NCBI GenBank assembly: GCA_963850295.1
Contig: CAWKKU010000013.1
Location: 249,437 to 313,436 of the forward strand
Direction: 5' to 3'
From: Vicinamibacterales bacterium
GTDB taxonomy: Bacteria; Acidobacteriota; Vicinamibacteria; Vicinamibacterales; JAMQPK01
Length of the DNA: 64,000 nucleotides
The notes under the pieces are model-generated. The model was given only the letters and a program-made list of their open reading frames with translations. It did not search any database and had not been told where the DNA came from. The position numbers and the translations under genes are program-made. Position 1 is the first letter of the stretch. Each line of letters opens with the position of its first letter. Shown piece by piece: positions 48,319-58,046 of the stretch.

Positions 48319-49045
48319 TTGATGCAGCTTCGCAATCGTGTCTGGAGCGCCGGGCGGCTGTTTGCCATCGTGGCGTGCCTCATCGCCACTTATCTCCTCT
48401 TCGCCGTCACCGCCATGCGCGTTGCGCTCAGAGTGCGGGAGGTGCCGGTGCCCGATCTTCGCAATCGCACCGTCGCCGAAGCGACCGCGGCGCTGCAGGA
48501 GCAGGGACTGGCCCTGACGGTCGATGACAGCGGCCGTCTCGATCCGAAAATTCCCGCCGGCCGCATCGCCGTGCAGGAACCGGCGCCTGGACGCGATTAC
48601 GAGACGCCAGCGCAGCATTCGCGTGTGGGTCAGCCAGGGCCCGCGGGTCACCGTCATCCCCGCGCTCACGGGTGAATCCGAGCGCGCCGCGCAACTGCGG
48701 CTGCAGCAGGACGGCCTGTCGGTGAGGTCGCTCGCGGAAGTGCGTTCCGCCGACTTTCCAAGCGGCACGGTGATCGCTCAGGAACCGCCGGGCAGCGCTC
48801 GCGGAACGGAAGTGGCGCTACTCGTGAACCGCGGCGAAGAAAGCCATTACTACGTGATGCCCGATCTCATCGGCGTGACCGGCGCGCGCGCGGTCGAGTT
48901 GCTGCGCACCCGCGGTTTCCGCGTGACCATCGTCGGCGAGCTTCCCTATCCCGGAATTCCGGCAGGCATCGTGCTGCGGCAGTTCCCGTCCGCAGGATTC
49001 CAAATCGCGACCGGTGACCCGATTTCACTGGAGGTCAGCCGTTGA
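48319..49045 (+). CDS. Membrane-anchored PASTA-domain protein; one frameshift in this sequence
   Basis: TM helix (RLFAIVACLIATYLLFAV), then three PASTA-like units (VPDLRNRTVAEATAALQEQGL.., IPALTGESERAAQLRLQQDGL.., MPDLIGVTGARAVELLRTRGF..). Fragments 48319..48675 and 48524..49045 join near 48595. Confidence 0.75.
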
Positions 49046-49722
49046 TCGGCAAACACCCGCGCATCGCGCCATCGATTCTTTCCGCGAATTTTGCCGCGCT
49101 CGGCGCGGCGATTTCGGCCGTGGAAGCAGGCGGCGCCGACATGATTCACGTCGACGTCATGGACGGCCACTTCGTGCCGAACATCACGATCGGCCCGGTG
49201 GTGGTCAGCTCGGTGAAGCGCGTCGCCCGCGTGCCGCTCGACGTCCATCTCATGATCACCGACCCCGACAAGTACGCGGAGGCCTTCGTCAAGGCGGGCG
49301 CGGATATGTTGTCGGTTCACGTCGAGGTACTGCCGCATCTGCACAGGACAATTCAGCTCATCAAGAGCCTCGGCGTCAAGGCAGGCGTCGTGCTGAATCC
49401 GTCGACGCCGCCGGCCGCCATCGAAGAGGTCGCCGGCGACGTCGATTTCGTGCTCGTCATGTCGGTGAATCCCGGGTTCGGCGGGCAGGCCTTCATTCCG
49501 AGGAGCCTGCAGAAGGTCACGGCCATCCGGGGCATGCTCGACCGCGCCGGCAACGTGCAGGCCGCGATCGAGATCGACGGCGGCATCGATTTGTCCAATG
49601 TCGGGCGCGCCGTCGACGCAGGAGTGGACATCGTGGTTGCCGGCTCCGCGATTTTCAACACGCCCGATCCCGCCGCAGCCACCAAAGCGCTGAAGGACGC
49701 GGCGGCGGCGGTCGCTTCCTGA
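49042..49722 (+). CDS. rpe: Ribulose-phosphate 3-epimerase
   Basis: 226-aa ORF IAPSILSANFAALG...HVDVMDGHFVPNITIGP...MSVNPGFGGQ. Confidence 0.93.
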   Translation: MIGKHPRIAPSILSANFAALGAAISAVEAGGADMIHVDVMDGHFVPNITIGPVVVSSVKRVARVPLDVHLMITDPDKYAEAFVKAGADMLSVHVEVLPHLHRTIQLIKSLGVKAGVVLNPSTPPAAIEEVAGDVDFVLVMSVNPGFGGQAFIPRSLQKVTAIRGMLDRAGNVQAAIEIDGGIDLSNVGRAVDAGVDIVVAGSAIFNTPDPAAATKALKDAAAAVAS

Positions 49723-50126
49723 TGAGCCGCTCGACAACACAGACGATCGACATCCGTGTCCGCTACGCAGAAACAGACAAGATGGGCGTGGTCTATCACG
49801 CAAACTATTTCATGTGGTTCGAGATCGGCCGCTGCGAAATGCTCCGCGCGATAGGACGAAGCTATCGCGAGATGGAGGCCTCGGGCATCGGCCTGCCGGT
49901 GATCGAAGCGCACTGCGAGTACAAGTCGCCGGCACACTACGATGACGAGCTGCAGGTGAGGACGTCGGGCAAATTGCTCTCGCCGGCGCGGGTCGAGTTC
50001 GAATACCAGATCGTCCGTCCGTCGGACGGCACGCTCAATGCCGTCGGCCGCACGGTGCACGCCGCGATAGACACCACCGGACGGCCGTGCCGGCTGCCCG
50101 ACTACATCCGGGAGCTCCTCGAATGA
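49722..50126 (+). CDS. Acyl-CoA thioesterase (4HBT/YbgC family)
   Basis: [37 protein letters not shown]... (hot-dog fold signature). It is the C-terminal portion of track ORF 49014..50126, and the ATG overlaps the rpe stop. Confidence 0.82.
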   Translation: MSRSTTQTIDIRVRYAETDKMGVVYHANYFMWFEIGRCEMLRAIGRSYREMEASGIGLPVIEAHCEYKSPAHYDDELQVRTSGKLLSPARVEFEYQIVRPSDGTLNAVGRTVHAAIDTTGRPCRLPDYIRELLE

Positions 50127-51056
50127 AGGCACTGGTGACCGGCGCCGCCGGGTTCATCGGATCACATCTATCGGCCGCGTTGCTCGACTCGGGCGCCACT
50201 GTTACCGGGATCGACTGTTTTACCGATTACTACCCCCGGCCGCTAAAAGGAAGCCAACCTCTCGGTCGTGCGCACCCGGCCTGGTTTCTCCTTCGTGGAA
50301 GCTGCGGTCCAGGACGTCGATCTGGGCGGCTTGCTCAGCGGAGTGACTCACGTGTTCCATCTGGCCGGGCAGGCAGGCGTGCGGAAAAGCTGGGGACGCG
50401 ATTTCGACGTCTATACGAGGGATAACGTTCAGGCGACTCAGCGCCTGCTCGAGGCGCTCGTTGGCCTCCCGATCCAAAAATATGTGTATTCATCGAGCTC
50501 GTCCGTGTATGGCGACGACGTGCCGCTGCCGATGCGAGAAGACACGTATCTGCAGCCGGTGTCCCCGTACGGCGTGACCAAGCTGGCAGGCGAACATCTG
50601 GGGAATCTCTATAACGCCAACCATGGCATCCCTACGGTGTCGCTGCGCTACTTCACGGTCTACGGACCTCGTCAGCGCCCGGACATGGCTTTTCACAAGT
50701 TTTTGACGGCCGTCCGCGACGGCCGTCCGATTGCCGTGTACGGCGACGGTGAGCAGACCCGCGACTTTACGTACGTGGCCGACATCGTGGCGGCGAATAT
50801 TGCGGCCGCGGACCAGGGCCGCCCGGGCAGCGTGTACAATATTGGTGGTGGCTCCAGGGTCACGTTGAACGAAGTGCTGGAACTGATTGGCAAAGTCACT
50901 GGGAAACCGGTGAACGTTCAACGCGAGCCTCGAAAGAAAGGGGACATGCGCCACACATACGCCGATACGTCGGCCGCCCGGCGCGATCTCGACTTCACCG
51001 CGCAAGTGAATCTCGAGGCCGGCCTCGCACAGCAGTACCGCTGGCTTACTCAATGA
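50123..51056 (+). CDS. NAD-dependent epimerase/dehydratase (SDR family sugar-nucleotide enzyme); one frameshift in this sequence
   Basis: [16 protein letters not shown] (Rossmann motif) in frame 50087..50425, then the YxxxK core ([11 protein letters not shown]) in frame 50268..51056. An extra g at gg 50249-50250 explains the shift. Confidence 0.85.
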
Positions 51057-51853
51057 ATATTCCGCGCTTTTCGCTCTTCGTTCTCTGCTCTTTGCTCTTT
51101 CTCGCTTCGGCCTGTTCGTCGAATCCGCCGGTCACGGCTGGACCAGGCGAGGCGGATCAGATTCTGCTCGACCGGGGCAATGCGGCACTCAAAGAACGTC
51201 AGTGGAGCCGCGCGCGAACCTATTTTGCGGAACTGCTCGAGTCCTATCCACAGAGCCCGCTGCGCGCCGAGGCGAAGCTGGGCGTCGGCGACACGTGGCT
51301 CGGCGAAAACAACAGCGCCTCGTACGTCTACGCGCAGAATGAGTACCGCGAGTTCCTCGCGTTCTATCCGACGAATCCACGGGCCGACTACGCGCAGATG
51401 CAGCTCGGCATGGTGCATTACAACCAGATGCTGAATCCGCAGCGCGACCAGACCGAGACGAAAGAGGCGATTCGCGAGTTCGAGACGTTTCTCACACGCC
51501 ATCCGTCCAGTGCCCTGCTGCCGCAGGTGAAACAGCGGCTTCGGGAAGCGAAAGACCGGCTGTCCGACTGGGACCTGCAGGTCGGCAACTTCTATCTCAG
51601 CATCCGGCTCTACCCGTCGGCCATCGATCGGTACCGCCATATCCTCAAGAACGACCCGGAATACACCCGGAGAGACGCTCTGTACTTCCACCTAGCGGAA
51701 AGCCTCGAAAAGTCCGAAAAGAAGGCTGAAGCTCTGCCCTATTACGAGCGGCTCCTCAACGAGTTCGACAAGAGCGAACATCTCGAAGAGGCGCGGCGTC
51801 GAGTCGAGCGACTCAAGGGCGAACTGAACATCGCCCCCAAAGCAGAGCTGTAA
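51053..51853 (+). CDS. bamD: Outer membrane protein assembly factor BamD (lipoprotein, TPR-like)
   Basis: 266-aa ORF with lipobox LFLASAC-S and a YfiO/BamD-like repeat pattern (AEAKLGVGDTWL..., ADYAQMQLGMVHYNQ...). Confidence 0.8.
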   Translation: MNIPRFSLFVLCSLLFLASACSSNPPVTAGPGEADQILLDRGNAALKERQWSRARTYFAELLESYPQSPLRAEAKLGVGDTWLGENNSASYVYAQNEYREFLAFYPTNPRADYAQMQLGMVHYNQMLNPQRDQTETKEAIREFETFLTRHPSSALLPQVKQRLREAKDRLSDWDLQVGNFYLSIRLYPSAIDRYRHILKNDPEYTRRDALYFHLAESLEKSEKKAEALPYYERLLNEFDKSEHLEEARRRVERLKGELNIAPKAEL

Positions 51854-51879
51854 CCCATACTCCCGTAAGGATTTGCGAC

Positions 51880-52704
51880 ATGCGCAAGGCAAGTATCGCG
51901 TGCGCCGTGTCTGTGTGGCTGGCAGCCTCGCCTGCCGCTGCCCAGACCCCGGCCGCCGAGTCCCAGCTCGTTCCGCCGCCCTCATGGGCGTTCAATGACA
52001 TCGCCTGCGCACCCACGCTCGACATGGAGGCGCGCGGCAAGTCCCAGAAGAAAGCGCAGGCCACACTCCGCGTCGTCGGGGTCCAGGATGGCGCATACCG
52101 CGAGCTGCTAGCGCCCCCCGCCCTCCTCGTGGTGAGCGGCGGATCGAACGCCGGTCTCGAACCGGGACAACGCTACTTCGTCCGCAGGCGGGTGGTCCCT
52201 CTGACGGGCCTTGAGGAAATACCGACAGTGCACACGTCGGGATGGGTGCAGATCGTCGGCGTGGATACTTTGGTGGCAACGGCGGAGATTCTGCACGCCT
52301 GCGAAGGCATCCTGCTCGACGACTATCTCGAGCCGTTCACCGCTCCCACGATCGCCGCACGGCCGCTTCCGGGCACGGTGCCCCAGTTCGAGAACATGGG
52401 ACACATCGTCACGGGCGTGGACGGGGCGCATACCGGCGGCGTCGGAAACACGATGACGATCGATCGCGGCACGAACGCGGGCATCGAGCTGGGGCAGCGC
52501 TTCGTTGTGTTTCGCGACAAGCGCGAGCTGAACGTCGATACGAGCCAGGCGTCGAAGGAACTGGCGGAGGGGACCAAAAACGCTCCGCTCGTGGAAATCG
52601 GCGAGGTGCTTGTGGTGTCGGTGCGTCCGAACGATGCGACGGTGCAGATTACCGTCGCGAAAGACGCGATTTCGAAGGACGACCTCGTCGCCCCGATACG
52701 TTAG
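51880..52704 (+). CDS. Hypothetical secreted protein
   Basis: 274-aa ORF with signal peptide MRKASIACAVSVWLAASPAAAQ. No family recognised. It is co-oriented directly after bamD. Confidence 0.6.
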   Translation: MRKASIACAVSVWLAASPAAAQTPAAESQLVPPPSWAFNDIACAPTLDMEARGKSQKKAQATLRVVGVQDGAYRELLAPPALLVVSGGSNAGLEPGQRYFVRRRVVPLTGLEEIPTVHTSGWVQIVGVDTLVATAEILHACEGILLDDYLEPFTAPTIAARPLPGTVPQFENMGHIVTGVDGAHTGGVGNTMTIDRGTNAGIELGQRFVVFRDKRELNVDTSQASKELAEGTKNAPLVEIGEVLVVSVRPNDATVQITVAKDAISKDDLVAPIR

Positions 52705-53315
52705 GACGCTTTCGAACGCGGGCGTTCCGCGGGAGGAAACGCCGCGACTCTCGCGGGAATTCTGCTGAACCGGCGGTAGTAGTCCACCGCCGAGATCAGC
52801 GCCGTCAGCACGACGACCCAGAGCGCGGCGTATCCTACCCAGCCGAGCAGCTGCAGCCGTTCTTCCTCTCCCAGAATCAACGCCAGAATCGCGACCACCT
52901 GCGCCACCATCTTGACCTTGCCGAGCGGTGAGGCGGGGATGATGACGCCGCGCGCGTAGGCGATGCTTCGCAGCGTCGTCACGGCGAGCTCGCGGCCGAT
53001 AATGACCGCGACCATCCACGCCGGCGCCAGGCCCATCTGGATGAGCGACACGAACGCCGCAGACGTCAGAAGCTTATCGGCGATCGGATCGATCATCTGG
53101 CCGAGCGCCGTCACCTGCTGGCGCCGGCGCGCCAGATAGCCGTCGAGCCAGTCGGTGATCGACGCGAGGCCAAAGATCGCGGCGCCGATCAACTCTTTGC
53201 GAATCCCGAAGATCAGCCGTCCTTCAAAGTTGGTGAGCAGGACGACGACGAGCAGCGGTACGAGAAAGATACGTGTGGCGGTGAGCGCGTTCGGGAGGTT
53301 GATGGTCGAGCGCAC
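52701..53315 (-). CDS. pgsA: CDP-diacylglycerol--glycerol-3-phosphate 3-phosphatidyltransferase
   Basis: 204-aa ORF with the CDP-alcohol phosphatidyltransferase motif DWLDGYLARRRQQVTALGQMIDPIADKL. Confidence 0.88.
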   Translation of the reverse strand: MRSTINLPNALTATRIFLVPLLVVVLLTNFEGRLIFGIRKELIGAAIFGLASITDWLDGYLARRRQQVTALGQMIDPIADKLLTSAAFVSLIQMGLAPAWMVAVIIGRELAVTTLRSIAYARGVIIPASPLGKVKMVAQVVAILALILGEEERLQLLGWVGYAALWVVVLTALISAVDYYRRFSRIPARVAAFPPAERPRSKAS

Positions 53316-53354
53316 GGCTGCCTCAATTGTAATGCAGTATCATCACGCTTCGAT

Positions 53355-54407
53355 ATGAAGGCGCTTCTACTCGTCGGCGGGCAGGGCACCCGCCTGCGGC
53401 CGCTGACGATTCACGCACCGAAATCCATCGTTCCCATCTTCAACCGGCCTTTTCTCAACTACCAGCTCGATCTCATCAAACGGGTCCCGGAGATCGACGA
53501 GGTGATCCTCAGCCTCAACTATCAGCCGGCGCGCATCGAAGAGGTGTTCGGCGACGGACGGAACGCAGGCATCAAGCTGCGATACGTCGTCGAGCCGACG
53601 CCCCTCGGGACCGCCGGCGGAGTGAAATATGCGGCACAGGGCGTGCGCGAGACCATCGTGGTTTTCAATGGCGACGTGCTGACGCAGGTCGATCTGCAGG
53701 AGCTCATCGACTTCCATCGAGACCGCCGGGCGCGCGCGACGATCGTACTGACGCCGGTCGAGAACCCGTCGGCATACGGTCTGGTCGAGACCGATGCCGA
53801 CAGCCGCATCCTGCGCTTCCTCGAAAAGCCCAAGCCAGAGGAAATCACCTGCAATACCATCAACGCGGGCATCTACGTGCTCGAGCCGGAGACGTTCGAC
53901 CGCATTCCCGATAACGTCGCCTGGTCGATCGAGCGCCGCTTCTTCCCGTCGTTCATCGAGCGAGGGGAGACGTTCATGGCGTCGATCTACCGTGGCTACT
54001 GGATCGACATCGGCACGCCGGAAAAATACATGCAGGTGCACCGCGACATCATGGACGGACGCTATTCGATGCCGCCGTTCAACGGAAAGGCGGGGGTCGC
54101 ATGGGTCGCGCCAACGGCGATCGTCGAGGAAGGCGCGCGGCTCGACGGACCGCTCTTCATCGACGAGGGCTGCCGCATTGGAGCGGGCGCCTCGATCGGG
54201 CCCTATTCAGTTCTGGGCGCTGACTGCCACGTCGAAGGCCAGGCACAGATCACCGGGTCGATCCTCTGGCCCGGGACGCACATTGGACGCGAGGCCCGCG
54301 TCAGCGACACAATCGTCGGCCGATCGGGAGAGATCGGCCGGAACGCCACGGTGAATCGTGCCGTGCTCGGAGACGGCACCAACATCGCAGCACACAGCAG
54401 ACTATGA
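53355..54407 (+). CDS. Sugar-phosphate nucleotidyltransferase (mannose-1-phosphate guanylyltransferase-like) with a C-terminal left-handed beta-helix
   Basis: 350-aa ORF MKALLLVGGQGTRLRPLTIHAPKSIVPI..., with hexapeptide-like repeats in the C-terminal third. Confidence 0.82.
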   Translation: MKALLLVGGQGTRLRPLTIHAPKSIVPIFNRPFLNYQLDLIKRVPEIDEVILSLNYQPARIEEVFGDGRNAGIKLRYVVEPTPLGTAGGVKYAAQGVRETIVVFNGDVLTQVDLQELIDFHRDRRARATIVLTPVENPSAYGLVETDADSRILRFLEKPKPEEITCNTINAGIYVLEPETFDRIPDNVAWSIERRFFPSFIERGETFMASIYRGYWIDIGTPEKYMQVHRDIMDGRYSMPPFNGKAGVAWVAPTAIVEEGARLDGPLFIDEGCRIGAGASIGPYSVLGADCHVEGQAQITGSILWPGTHIGREARVSDTIVGRSGEIGRNATVNRAVLGDGTNIAAHSRL

Positions 54408-55753
54408 ATCCCAACATTTTCAAGGCATACGACGTTCGCGGCATCTACCCCACCGAGCTCGACGAGCAGGTCTTCCATCAGATCGGCCGGGCGTTTGTGG
54501 TCTACCTCAAGGCGCGGCGCATCGGCGTCGGCCGCGACATGCGCGTATCCTCTCCAAGCCTCGCGGCGGCGTTCATCGCAGGGGCGCGCGAGCAGGGAGC
54601 GGACGTCGTCGACTACGGGATGATCTCGACCGACATGATCTATTTCGCGGTCGGCACCGAAGGCCTCGACGGCGGCGCGCAGATCACCGCATCGCACAAC
54701 CCGAAGCAGTACAACGGCTGCAAGATGGTGGGCCGGGGTAACACGCCGCTCAGCGGCGACGCGGGCATCTCGGATATCCGCGACATGATCGCGGCCAACC
54801 GTGTTCCCGCGCCTGCCTCCCGCCCCGGCGCGCTGACGCGGAACACCATTCTCGACGGTTACGTCCGGCACGTTCTCGGCTTCATCGATCCGTCGATCGT
54901 CAAGCCTTACAACGCCGTGCTCGACGCCGGATGCGGCATGGGCGGCCTGGTTGCGCCGGAATTGTTCAAGGCACTTCCCTGCCGGGTCGATCCCCTGTGT
55001 TTCACCGTCGATGGGACCTTCCCCACCCACGAAGCCAACCCGTTGATCGAGGAGAATCGCCGCGACATCGTGGCCAGGGTCAGGGAACGGCATGCCGAAA
55101 TCGGCATTGCCTGGGATGGCGACGCGGATCGCTGCTTCTTCATCGACGAAGACGGGGAGTTCGTGTCGGGCGATTTCGTCACCGCGCTGCTTGCCGAAGC
55201 GTTCATGCTCAAGGAACCGGGAGCGACGGTGGTGTACGACCTGCGCGCGAGCTATGCCGTGAAAGACGTCGCCGCACGATACGGGGGCAAGGCGGTGATG
55301 AACCGCGTCGGACACGCTTTTTTCAAGGCGCGCATGCGCGAGCTCAACGCGGTGTTCGGCGGCGAAGTGACGGGCCACTACTACTTCCGCGACAACTTCT
55401 ACTGCGACAACGGCTTCATTCCCGCGCTGCTCATCCTCGAGCTCATGTCGAAGAAGAACCAGTCGCTCAAGCAGCTGCTCGAGCCGCTGCGGGCGAAATA
55501 TTTCATCTCGGGCGAGATCAACACGAAGATGCCGAACATGGAAGCGATGACCTCGCGCATGGCAGCCATCGAATCGCGCTACAAAGACGCCCAGATTTCC
55601 AAGCTCGACGGCATTTCGGTGGAATATCCGGATTGGCACTTCAACGTGCGGCCGTCGAACACCGAGCCGCTGCTGCGGTTGAATCTGGAGGGTACGACGC
55701 CGGCTCAGATGGAATCGAAGCGGGATGAGGTGTTGTCGATAATCCGGGGTTAG
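54404..55753 (+). CDS. Phosphomannomutase/phosphoglucomutase
   Basis: 449-aa ORF with the active-site TASHNP motif (ITASHNPKQYNG), the Mg site GIAWDGDADR and GGEVTGHYYF. Confidence 0.9.
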   Translation: MNPNIFKAYDVRGIYPTELDEQVFHQIGRAFVVYLKARRIGVGRDMRVSSPSLAAAFIAGAREQGADVVDYGMISTDMIYFAVGTEGLDGGAQITASHNPKQYNGCKMVGRGNTPLSGDAGISDIRDMIAANRVPAPASRPGALTRNTILDGYVRHVLGFIDPSIVKPYNAVLDAGCGMGGLVAPELFKALPCRVDPLCFTVDGTFPTHEANPLIEENRRDIVARVRERHAEIGIAWDGDADRCFFIDEDGEFVSGDFVTALLAEAFMLKEPGATVVYDLRASYAVKDVAARYGGKAVMNRVGHAFFKARMRELNAVFGGEVTGHYYFRDNFYCDNGFIPALLILELMSKKNQSLKQLLEPLRAKYFISGEINTKMPNMEAMTSRMAAIESRYKDAQISKLDGISVEYPDWHFNVRPSNTEPLLRLNLEGTTPAQMESKRDEVLSIIRG

Positions 55754-55762
55754 ATTTCCGTT

Positions 55763-55963
55763 TTATTTAAGCTTCCAGCCTTCTCGTTTCAGCCTGTTTT
55801 CCAACTCCAGCCAGCGAAGAGCGAGGACATTCGCATCGTCGGCGTGTTCGACCTGCTTCTGGCCGTCCGAGGTGGTGATCTCCAGATCGAAACCGGCCGC
55901 GTGAGAACTGGGGCGAATCTCACACTGCAGCTGCTTCCCATTGCGCTCGAAGAAGGACAACAT
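55763..55963 (-). CDS. Hypothetical small protein (66 aa) in a lower-G+C islet
   Basis: MLSFFERNGKQLQCEIRPSSHAAGFDLEITTSDGQKQVEHADDANVLALRWLELENRLKREGWKLK. GAAGG lies 4 nt upstream of the ATG. No family recognised. Confidence 0.45.
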   Translation of the reverse strand: MLSFFERNGKQLQCEIRPSSHAAGFDLEITTSDGQKQVEHADDANVLALRWLELENRLKREGWKLK

Positions 55964-56220
55964 CAGACCTTCTATCGGCTTCAGACCGTCGGCACGTGCA
56001 GGGTGAATATGGCAACGGCGTTGCTAAACCTCACGTCGAGTGGGCAAAAACGAGAATTGTTGCTTGCATGAAATACCACCGGCAGCCCGGAGTGTATCGA
56101 AACCTACCAAAAGGGCGGCAGGCGATTTCAAAATTGTTGCTAGCTGATATTCATGAGCGAACGTGCTAACACAAATCGTCGATCTAGAGGCCGCAACCGT
56201 GTATCGATTGTGGTCAACAC

Positions 56221-56436
56221 ATGCGTGTGAGACTGCTGCGGAAGTTTGCTGACCGCATCAACGGCATCGATCTCACGGGAGTCGATGTCGGCGATGTGAT
56301 GATTGTCCTGCCCTACGAAGGAGCGCTGCTCATCGCCGAGGGGTGGGCCGAGGGGTGGGCGGAACGGACGCCGGCGGTTCCCGGATCGCTGCTGACTCTT
56401 CAAGAGATACACGCCAAGCCAACCTCGAGGGGCTAG
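56221..56436 (+). CDS. Hypothetical small protein (71 aa)
   Basis: MRVRLLRKFADRINGIDLTGVDVGDVMIVLPYEGALLIAEGWAEGWAERTPAV... The start is uncertain because the frame is open upstream. A 25-codon ORF (56153-56230) overlaps in another frame. Confidence 0.35.
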   Translation: MRVRLLRKFADRINGIDLTGVDVGDVMIVLPYEGALLIAEGWAEGWAERTPAVPGSLLTLQEIHAKPTSRG

Positions 56437-56457
56437 TCAGCCAGGGTCGCGGCGTGT

Positions 56458-56742
56458 CTATCGTCTGCTCATCCGCTGACGAAGCCGATCGAGCTGAAAA
56501 CAGCAGGCTGCAAAGATCCCGATAGCGAACGCCACGGCAAACTGCCCCTGGAATGCGAGCACGACGGCCCACACGAGCACGCCGGCGCCCACAGCGGGGA
56601 TCAGCCACGTCAGCATGACAGCCTCCTGTTTCGTTAGACACCGACATCCGGCTACTGACTCTAGGGGGTTGAGCCACTGCTCCAAGCCAAGACCGAGCTG
56701 GCGGCCACATTCTGGACAGGGTGTCTTCATCCTATGCATCAA
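56458..56742 (-). CDS. Hypothetical membrane protein with an N-terminal CPxC..CxC zinc-ribbon-like motif
   Basis: (M)MHRMKTPCPECGRQLG...AGCRC... followed by two hydrophobic helices (MLTWLIPAVGAGVLVWAVVLAF, FAVAFAIGIFAACCF). Confidence 0.4.
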   Translation of the reverse strand: MMHRMKTPCPECGRQLGLGLEQWLNPLESVAGCRCLTKQEAVMLTWLIPAVGAGVLVWAVVLAFQGQFAVAFAIGIFAACCFQLDRLRQRMSRR

Positions 56743-56800
56743 GGTTAGTTTGGCTGCGCACGGGCGAACGTCGAAATGCTAAAATCCCGATGAAACCGAC

Positions 56801-56874
56801 GCGGGGTTAGCATAGTGGTAATGCTCTGGCTTCCCAAGCCAGCTAGGCGGGTTCGATTCCCGTACCCCGCTCCA
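56801..56874 (+). tRNA. tRNA-Gly (anticodon CCC)
   Basis: GCGGGGTTAGCATAGTGGTAATGCTCTGGCTTCCCAAGCCAGCTAGGCGGGTTCGATTCCCGTACCCCGCTCCA. Acceptor stem GCGGGGT/ACCCCGC, anticodon stem CTGGC/GCCAG with loop TTCCCAA, T-arm GGTTCGATTCC and an encoded CCA. Confidence 0.93.
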
Positions 56875-56939
56875 TTCCTGATCGGTGTGTGGACTCCTCC
56901 TTGCTCCCTGTTTCATAGCCAAAAGGAGGCGTATCAAGC

Positions 56940-57149
56940 ATGGATAAACACGATCGCCCGGATGATTCCAGCAAGAACCGTCATGCGCCCGGCTCGGTAA
57001 GCGAAGAAGTATCGGGAGCAGGTCAGCGTTTCAAGGGTGCCGTAAAACGAGAAGTCGGCGATGCTATCGATGATGAGCGCATGGAAGAAAAAGGCGAGCG
57101 GGAAAACGAGGCCGGTAAGGCTCGGCAGCGCAGGAACGACGCAGTCTAG
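56940..57149 (+). CDS. CsbD-family stress-response protein
   Basis: 69-aa ORF ...AGQRFKGAVKREVGDAIDDERMEEKGERENEAGKARQ (CsbD-like KG..KE..G......EG......GK pattern). AGGAGG lies 9 nt upstream of the ATG. Confidence 0.7.
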   Translation: MDKHDRPDDSSKNRHAPGSVSEEVSGAGQRFKGAVKREVGDAIDDERMEEKGERENEAGKARQRRNDAV

Positions 57150-57155
57150 AGGTTC

Positions 57156-58046
57156 TCAGTAGAGGGATTTTGACGGGGCGGCGCCAGGTGTCGACAATGA
57201 CCCCTCGGCGCCGCCTCCGGCTTGCTGGACAATCTTCACGCCCGCGCTGGCGCCGACGCGGCTGGCACCGGCCGTCACCAGATTTTTGAGCGCTTCATAA
57301 TCCCGCACGCCGCCGGCAGCTTTGACTCCGATATCCGGACCAACCACCCGCCGCATCAGCTCCACATCCGCGACGGTCGCGCCGCCAGGACCGAAGCCGG
57401 TGGAGGTTTTCACATAGTCGGCGCCGGCCGCTTTGGCCAGTACGCAGGCAGAAATTTTCTCCTCGTCGGTGAGCAGCGCCGCCTCGATGATGACCTTGCT
57501 CAGCACGCGGCACTCGCGGCATGCCTCTACGACGCCCCGGATGTCACGCTCGACGGCCTCCAGATCGCCCGACTTCAGCGCCCCGATGTTCACGACCATA
57601 TCGACTTCGTTGGCGCCGTCGTACACGACACGCCGCGTTTCGGACTGCTTCACATCGCTGGTCGTCGCCCCCAGCGGAAACCCGACGACGGTGCACACCC
57701 CCACCGTGCTGCCCTTCAACAGCCGCGCGCACAGCGAAACCCAGTAAGGATTGACGCAGACCGTGGCAAATCCGAATTCAAGCGCCTCCCTGCAGAGCTT
57801 CTCAATCTCCTGTTTCGTCGCATCAGCCTTCAGCAGCGTGTGATCGATCAGAGACGCCACATTCGTCGGAACCTTGTCGCCGGCGTAGAGCCCCAGCCTC
57901 GAGGCCCCGGCATCGATGACGCCGCGCACGCGGTCGGGACAGCAGTCGTACACGACGGAATGACAGCCGCACGTCCGCGGCCGCCCACGCGCCAGCGCCG
58001 CCGATACCTCCTCGGCAATGATTCTCTGTAGATCAGCCCACTGCAT
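57156..58046 (-). CDS. deoC: Deoxyribose-phosphate aldolase with a ~60-aa Cys-containing N-terminal extension
   Basis: The core runs from ..[20 protein letters not shown]... to ..[14 protein letters not shown].. (Schiff-base Lys). It is preceded by [52 protein letters not shown]. Confidence 0.88.
   Translation of the reverse strand: MQWADLQRIIAEEVSAALARGRPRTCGCHSVVYDCCPDRVRGVIDAGASRLGLYAGDKVPTNVASLIDHTLLKADATKQEIEKLCREALEFGFATVCVNPYWVSLCARLLKGSTVGVCTVVGFPLGATTSDVKQSETRRVVYDGANEVDMVVNIGALKSGDLEAVERDIRGVVEACRECRVLSKVIIEAALLTDEEKISACVLAKAAGADYVKTSTGFGPGGATVADVELMRRVVGPDIGVKAAGGVRDYEALKNLVTAGASRVGASAGVKIVQQAGGGAEGSLSTPGAAPSKSLY

Noticed and set aside
55746-55763. The sequence gggttagatttccgt resembles the tRNA-Gly T-arm/3' end (gggttcgattcccgt), suggesting an att direct repeat that delimits the low-GC islet.
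   Set aside because: It lies on the 5' side of the tRNA (integration at a tRNA 3' end leaves the repeat downstream). It overlaps the last codons of the phosphomannomutase gene, has mismatches, and no integrase is present. It is probably coincidental.
56153-56230. A 25-codon ORF (MSERANTNRRSRGRNRVSIVVNTCV) overlapping the start of ORF 56221..56436, possibly the true N-terminus of that gene if an indel is present.
   Set aside because: Joining the frames would need a deletion-type error, and there is no homolog pattern to guide it. It is left unannotated and mentioned only under the low-GC islet.
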